In this document: one piece after another, positions 6,940 to 11,377 of the stretch
Layout of the letters: each line of letters opens with the position of its first letter
Position numbering within the stretch: position 1 is the first letter of the stretch
From: a bacterium
GTDB lineage: Bacteria; Eisenbacteria; RBG-16-71-46
NCBI GenBank assembly: GCA_043779265.1
Contig: JAYWEM010000060.1
Coordinates: 1-11,377, forward strand
Reading direction: 5' to 3'
Length of the DNA stretch: 11,377 nt
The notes under the pieces: generated by a model
What the model was told of the DNA's origin: nothing
What the model saw: the letters and a program-made list of their open reading frames with translations, nothing else
Databases searched by the model: none
Translations under genes and position numbers: made by a program

Positions 6940-8547
6940 TCAGCGCGGCAGTTCGTCTCGCCAGCGGATGGCCTCGGCCTGCGCCACACCGGCTGGCAGC
7001 GCCTCGAGGTAGCCCGTCACGGCAGCGCGAGCGGCCGTCAATCTCGCCGGCGTCGTCGCCGCCCGCCACGCCCGCATCCGCGCATCGGCCACCGATCTCA
7101 GCGCGGTCGCTCGGCTCGCCGAACCCTTGGAGCGGCCCAGCGACTCCTCCGCACGTGCGGCGACCGAGTCCCAACGCGCCGCTTCGAGCGGACTCGGGAT
7201 CGTCTTGGTGCGCCAACCCGGAGCGCGCGGGACGGATAGTCCCGTACCGACCACCGGCACCGCCTTGAGCGCGATTGCGAGCGGCTGCACGCCGCCCTCG
7301 CCCGACATGCGGATCCGTGCGGCCTCGAATCCGACCGCGAGCACACTGAGCGTTGCCGCACGCCGGGCGGCCGGGAGGCAGAAGCTGCCTTCGCCATCGG
7401 TGCGGACGCTGCGACCGGTCTCGACCACGGTGACCGTCGCGTTCGCGATCACGCGGCCCTCGGCATCGCGGACCACACCGCACCACTCGGAGCCATCCTC
7501 GTGCACGCGCGCCGAGTCGTCTTCGTCGAACGAGGGCTTCATGGCTCCCGCCTCCTGCAGCTGGGGTGCGGTGAGCTTGTCGCTCGTCTGGCGCGTGAGC
7601 GCTCGAGAGAAGCTCGATGGGGGCGTCGCCTGGCGCTCCAGCGTCGGCACCGGTGCCGCAGCGGGCGCGCTCGCCGCGGGCTTCGACTTCGCCTCGAGCT
7701 CCGCCGGCAGTTCCTTGCGTGCTCCATCGGCCCGCGACTCCTCCGAGGCCACGCGCTCCGAGAGCGGCTGCGCGATGGACCGCTTCTTCAAGTCCGCGAT
7801 CCGCTCCTGCTGGCTGGCCGCTGGACTCGGCGTGGCATCGCGCGCAGCCAACCGGTCGGTCGAGCGCGTCACCGGCACCTGCTCGCCGTTGTCCTGCGTT
7901 CGCATCTCCTGCATGCGGCCCGGAGCGGCATTGCGAGCAGGCGCTGCCGGTGCGGCATCGCTCGCGCCGGCTTCGCGCCGATCGCGCATGACCGCCTTGT
8001 CCGACGCTGCAGACGGCGCTGCCGACTCGGACTCGAGCGCCATCGAGAGCCCCTGCTCCGCGCTCTTCTCCGCCGCGCGCTCACTCGGCCCCGGAGCCTC
8101 ACTCGAAACGGAACCGAGCAGCGATGGCGCGGGAAGACCCGGCGCCTTCAGATCGCTCTGCATCATCCGCCACGTGAGGCCGGCGGCCACGACCACCGCG
8201 AGCGTGCCACCGATGGCGGCGAGTCGCCGAGGGGCGCCGAACAGCGCGCCGAACCAACCGCGCGGAACGCCCGCAGGCTTCGAGCTCTTCTCGGCCGCTC
8301 CACCCGACCCGCTGGCGATGCGCTCACCGACGCGGTCGGCGAATGAGGCGAAGTACGCCTCGCCCGGATCATGCGTCAGTGCCGTGGCCAGATCGCGATC
8401 GAGCAGCGAGAGCTCGGCCAGGCGATCGCGGCACGCTTCGCACTGCTCGAGGTGCGCGTCGAGGCGCGCGGCATCGGCGGCCACGGTGGCGCCATCGAGC
8501 CGTGCGCTCAACTGATCGTCGGTCAGGTGAACCATGGGGCCGCTCAT
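6940..8547 (-). CDS. Membrane-anchored zinc-binding (ZAS, zf-HC2) anti-sigma factor with C-terminal carboxypeptidase-regulatory-like domain
   Basis: 535 aa. H7-X24-H32-X3-C36-X2-C39 ZAS motif; single TM at about aa 109-126; long A/S/P/E/R-rich region; then GVVRDAEGRVIANATVTV...RTDGEGSF.L...TLSVLAVGFE and a helical tail. ATG overlaps the ECF stop (ATGA, 8544-8547). Confidence 0.85.
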   Translation of the reverse strand: MSGPMVHLTDDQLSARLDGATVAADAARLDAHLEQCEACRDRLAELSLLDRDLATALTHDPGEAYFASFADRVGERIASGSGGAAEKSSKPAGVPRGWFGALFGAPRRLAAIGGTLAVVVAAGLTWRMMQSDLKAPGLPAPSLLGSVSSEAPGPSERAAEKSAEQGLSMALESESAAPSAASDKAVMRDRREAGASDAAPAAPARNAAPGRMQEMRTQDNGEQVPVTRSTDRLAARDATPSPAASQQERIADLKKRSIAQPLSERVASEESRADGARKELPAELEAKSKPAASAPAAAPVPTLERQATPPSSFSRALTRQTSDKLTAPQLQEAGAMKPSFDEDDSARVHEDGSEWCGVVRDAEGRVIANATVTVVETGRSVRTDGEGSFCLPAARRAATLSVLAVGFEAARIRMSGEGGVQPLAIALKAVPVVGTGLSVPRAPGWRTKTIPSPLEAARWDSVAARAEESLGRSKGSASRATALRSVADARMRAWRAATTPARLTAARAAVTGYLEALPAGVAQAEAIRWRDELPR

Positions 8548-9140
8548 GACGGCATCTCCCCGCCGCTCGCCTCGATGCGCCGCTTGAGCTCGCTGCGCGC
8601 GCGAGACAGCCGTGACATCACGGTACCGATGGGGATGTGCAGTGCCGTGGCGATCTCCTCGTAGCTCATGTCCTGGAGGACACGCAGCGCCAGCACCGCC
8701 TGATGCTCGCTCGAGAGTTCGGCGAAGCAGGCGCGGAGCTGGAGGTCGTGTTCGCTGCGTGCGGCGTGATCGGCTGGGTCATCGTCGACTCCCCACTGCT
8801 TCCCCGCTTCGAGCAGCGGCTCGATCGACTGCTCGGGCCGGCGCTTGCGATGTCGGAACAGCGAGTAGGCCTGGTTGGTGCAGATGCGCGTGAGCCACGG
8901 CATGACGGGTTGTCCCAACTCGAATCGCGAGATGGCGCCCCAGGCTCGCACGAAGGTCTCCTGCGCCAGGTCGTCCGCGTCGGCGGCGCTTCGCGTCAAA
9001 GCGTAGGCGACGCGATGCACCGACCGCTGATGACGGCGGACGAGTTCGCCGAACGACGCCTGGTCGCCTCGCTGACTGGCGGCGATCAGGGCCGTGTCGT
9101 CGGTCCCGGCAATGGGATTACGCTCGGCGGGCGGGTTCAT
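8544..9140 (-). CDS. ECF (sigma-70 group 4) RNA polymerase sigma factor
   Basis: 198 aa. Region 2: GDQASFGELVRRHQ, ADDLAQETFVRAW, WLTRICTN. Region 4: MSYEEIATALHIPIGTVMSRLSRAR. Adjacent anti-sigma gene. Confidence 0.95.
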   Translation of the reverse strand: MNPPAERNPIAGTDDTALIAASQRGDQASFGELVRRHQRSVHRVAYALTRSAADADDLAQETFVRAWGAISRFELGQPVMPWLTRICTNQAYSLFRHRKRRPEQSIEPLLEAGKQWGVDDDPADHAARSEHDLQLRACFAELSSEHQAVLALRVLQDMSYEEIATALHIPIGTVMSRLSRARSELKRRIEASGGEMPS

Positions 9141-9148
9141 TCCATTGC

Positions 9149-9178
9149 AAAGTGGCGCGGGTGGCCCTTGTGGGTCAA
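9149..9178 (-). promoter_or_regulatory. Possible sigma70-like promoter of the ECF operon
   Basis: Minus strand TTGACC (9178-9173) - 18 nt - CACTTT (9154-9149) - 8 nt - ATG. The -10 element is imperfect. Confidence 0.3.
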
Positions 9179-9243
9179 GGGGTTACAGGCGCGGTCCCGC
9201 AGGGCCGCCTGTCCGGTCGCGCCTCTGCGGGCTGGCGCCACCC

Positions 9244-9960
9244 TCAACGAGGCGCCAGCAACCGCGCCTTCTCGGCCCGGGCGGCCTCGAGCGCCGCCCG
9301 CGGATCGGCGGCTGCCGTGATCGCGCGACCGAGCACCAGCAGCGAGGCGCCGTCGCGGATCGCGCTCTCGATGGTGCCGACGCGCTTCTGATCCTGACTC
9401 TCACCTCCGACCGGACGGATCCCCGGCGTGACGGTGAACACGTCGCGACCGAGTGCCGCACGCAGGCCCGAGACATCGGCCGCCGAGCAGACCACACCGC
9501 GGGCTCCGGCCTCGATCGCCATCTCGGTCAGCGCCGCGGCCTCGGCGTACAGATCGAATGGCTTGGAGAAGCCGGGCGGCATGGCGGCGGGATCGAGACT
9601 CGTGAGGAACGTCACCGCCACCACCTCGGTCGAGCCCCCGGCCGAGCGGATGCCGTCGAGCGCCGCTCGCACCATGGCCGCGCCGCCCGTCGCATGGACG
9701 GTGAGCAGATCGGCGCCGGTGCGCGCGGCCGAGGCCGCCGCCCCGTGCACGGTGTGCGGGATGTCGTGGAGCTTGAGGTCGAGGAACACACGCCGACCAC
9801 GGTCCTTGAGCGCGCGCACCGCTGGTGGCCCCTCGGCCACGAACAGCTCGAGCCCCACCTTGGCGTACTCGCTGCCCGCTCCCAGCCGGGCATCGAGCGC
9901 CAGCGCATCGGCCAGCGTGGACACATCGAAGGCGATGGCGAACTCGGGCGTGTGCGTCAT
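9244..9960 (-). CDS. pyrF: Orotidine-5'-phosphate decarboxylase
   Basis: 238 aa from ATG 9960 (MTHTPEFAIAFD), SD GAGGAG upstream, ATGA overlap with the pyrD stop. Motifs KVGLELF, FLDLKLHDIPHT (DxKxxD), TVHATGG, LTSLD, TPGIRP, DQKR, LGR. It is the C-terminal part of track ORF 9244..10536. Confidence 0.96.
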   Translation of the reverse strand: MTHTPEFAIAFDVSTLADALALDARLGAGSEYAKVGLELFVAEGPPAVRALKDRGRRVFLDLKLHDIPHTVHGAAASAARTGADLLTVHATGGAAMVRAALDGIRSAGGSTEVVAVTFLTSLDPAAMPPGFSKPFDLYAEAAALTEMAIEAGARGVVCSAADVSGLRAALGRDVFTVTPGIRPVGGESQDQKRVGTIESAIRDGASLLVLGRAITAAADPRAALEAARAEKARLLAPR

Positions 9961-10967
9961 CGGGTGCTCTCCTCGGGGTGGGGTGCGGGCTCGCTCGTCC
10001 CCTGCGCCGCATCCGCATGGAAGCGGCCGCGCAATCGATCGACCGACGACACGCCGTGCGCCGCCATCCACTCGCGCATCTCGCCGACGACCCGCTCGGA
10101 AGCGCCCGGCTCGATGAACGTGGCGGTGCCGACCTGGATCGCGGTGGCTCCGGCGGCGATGAACTCGAGCGCATCGCGCCCGGTCATGATGCCGCCCGAG
10201 CCGATCACCGGGATGCTGACGGCGTTCGAGACCTCGTGGCAGCGCGCCAGCGCCAACGGCTTGATGGCCGGCCCGGAGAGTCCCCCGGTCGCGCGTCCCA
10301 GTCTCGATTGCAGTTGCTCGAGATCGATCGCCATGCCGACGAACGTGTTGACCGCGGTGATCGCATCGGCACCGCCCGCCTCGCAAGCACGCGAGGTCTC
10401 GCGGATGTCGGTCACATCGGGCGACAGCTTGGCGATCAGCGGTTTGCGCGTGAGCCGCCTCAGTCGAGTCATCGTCTGCTCGAGCCTCGCGGGCACCGCC
10501 CAGTAGCGGGCGCCACCGGCGGCGACGTTGGGGCACGAGAAGTTGACCTCGATGCCGCCCAGGCCTTCGGCCTCCCCCAGCGCCTCGGTGAGCGCCTCGA
10601 GTTCTTCGCTGGTCTCGCCTCCGATCGAGGCGATGACCGAGGCGCGCAGCTGCCGCAGCCTCGGCAGCTTCTCGTCTCGGAAGCGCACCAGGCCGACGTT
10701 CTCGAGGCCGATCGAGTTGAGCATGCCGCTCGGGGTCTCGGCGACTCGTTGCGCGGGATTGCCGCTTCGCGGCAGCACGGTGATCGTCTTGGTGACGACG
10801 GCGCCCAGGCTCGTCAGGTCGACGACGTGCGCGTACTCATCGCCGTAGCCGAACGTGCCGCTTCCCGTGAGCACGGGGTTGCGGAGCTTCAGCGAACCGA
10901 TCGTGACACCGAGATCGACACGCGAGGCCGCGATCGGCCGGCCGTCCCACACCCGAAGGTGACTCAC
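9957..10967 (-). CDS. pyrD: Dihydroorotate dehydrogenase B (family 1B, NAD+), catalytic subunit
   Basis: Motifs RNPVLTGSGTFGYG, TKT...PRSGN...RVAETPSGMLNSIGLEN, EVNFSCPNV, AKLSPDVTDI, GGLSGPAIKP, GSGGI, IQVGTA. Start placed at GTG 10967 (GTGA overlap with the pyrK stop, GGAG upstream) rather than 11141; 336 aa. Confidence 0.95.
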   Translation of the reverse strand: MSHLRVWDGRPIAASRVDLGVTIGSLKLRNPVLTGSGTFGYGDEYAHVVDLTSLGAVVTKTITVLPRSGNPAQRVAETPSGMLNSIGLENVGLVRFRDEKLPRLRQLRASVIASIGGETSEELEALTEALGEAEGLGGIEVNFSCPNVAAGGARYWAVPARLEQTMTRLRRLTRKPLIAKLSPDVTDIRETSRACEAGGADAITAVNTFVGMAIDLEQLQSRLGRATGGLSGPAIKPLALARCHEVSNAVSIPVIGSGGIMTGRDALEFIAAGATAIQVGTATFIEPGASERVVGEMREWMAAHGVSSVDRLRGRFHADAAQGTSEPAPHPEESTR

Positions 10968-11377
10968 GACACGCGCTCCCAATCGAGTTCGCGCGACTCG
11001 AACACCGGGCCATCCGTGCAGCACATCGCCCACTCGGGGTTGCCCTGCAGCGCATGCGCCGCGGCGCCCTCGGCGAGCACGCGGTCTCGCGAGGCGTTCG
11101 AACGAGGCAGCGGGCAGCCACGGCACACGCCGGTGCCGCATGCCATGACCGATTCCATCGCGAGATGCGCTCGCTCACCACGCGCCATCGCCCACTGCGC
11201 GACGGCCCCCAACATGCCGTGCGGGCCGCACGCGTGCAGCACGAGCGGTCCCTCCAGCTTGGGCGCGATGCGATCCAGCAGGTCGATCACGGTGCCGTGG
11301 TGCCCGCGCGAACCATCGTCCGTCGCGATGTGCAGTCGTGAGCCCATGCGAGCCAGTCGCTCGCGAGCATCCGCGAG
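10964..11377 (-). CDS. pyrK: Dihydroorotate dehydrogenase electron transfer subunit (FAD/[2Fe-2S]), 5' part beyond the window
   Basis: ATDDGSRG, ACGPHGML, ESVMACGTGVCRGC...CTDGPVF iron-sulfur signature. Frame is open to the window end; lies directly upstream of pyrD. Confidence 0.93.
   Translation of the reverse strand, partial: LADARERLARMGSRLHIATDDGSRGHHGTVIDLLDRIAPKLEGPLVLHACGPHGMLGAVAQWAMARGERAHLAMESVMACGTGVCRGCPLPRSNASRDRVLAEGAAAHALQGNPEWAMCCTDGPVFESRELDWERVS

Noticed and set aside
4995..7268. 757-aa plus-strand ORF (also 4873..5856 on the minus strand)
   Set aside because: Antisense or off-frame shadows of the OPT gene. Arg/Gly/His-rich with no motifs, as expected from high GC3.
7127..10506. 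Long plus-strand ORFs 7127..8515, 8637..9320 and 9094..10506
   Set aside because: Antisense to the anti-sigma, ECF and pyr genes, with no independent coding signal.
9961..10536. Apparent 192-aa N-terminal extension of PyrF overlapping pyrD (possible frameshift fusion)
   Set aside because: pyrF has its own SD and ATGA-coupled start at 9960. The extension is Arg-rich off-frame sequence and I saw no slippery site.
10968..11141. N-terminal extension of PyrD in the ORF track
   Set aside because: Overlaps the pyrK Fe-S coding region out of frame; the GTG at 10967 with GTGA coupling is a better start.
1..11377. Frequent CTCGAG/TCGA words suggesting a dispersed repeat
   Set aside because: Explained by codon pairs such as CTC-GAG, ATC-GAG and GTC-GAC. 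No regular spacing and no CRISPR-like repeat-spacer pattern.
9244..11377. pyr operon ends without pyrE; PyrF has DIPHT rather than DIPNT
   Set aside because: Dispersed pyr genes and this motif variant are ordinary; the catalytic DxKxxD is intact.

Overview
High-GC, gene-dense bacterial window with ten CDSs, nine on the minus strand. Right to left on the minus strand: the end of a pyrimidine operon (partial pyrK, pyrD type 1B, pyrF, joined by 4-nt start/stop overlaps); an ECF sigma factor coupled to a large membrane-anchored zinc-binding anti-sigma factor; an OPT/YSL-family transporter; and an exported (alpha/alpha)6-barrel-like protein resembling YyaL/SSP411 without its thioredoxin domain. 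At the left is the edge of a surface-polysaccharide locus: a plus-strand zinc-ribbon SAM methyltransferase diverging from a GDP-mannose dehydratase/reductase (Gmd/Rmd) family gene and a Wzx-type flippase. The flippase runs off the window and is missing from the ORF track. I saw no RNA genes, CRISPR arrays or mobile elements. The best candidate for an undescribed system is the ECF / anti-sigma / OPT / exported YyaL-like run, but the functional link between these genes is inference only. All family calls come from motif recognition, not database searches.
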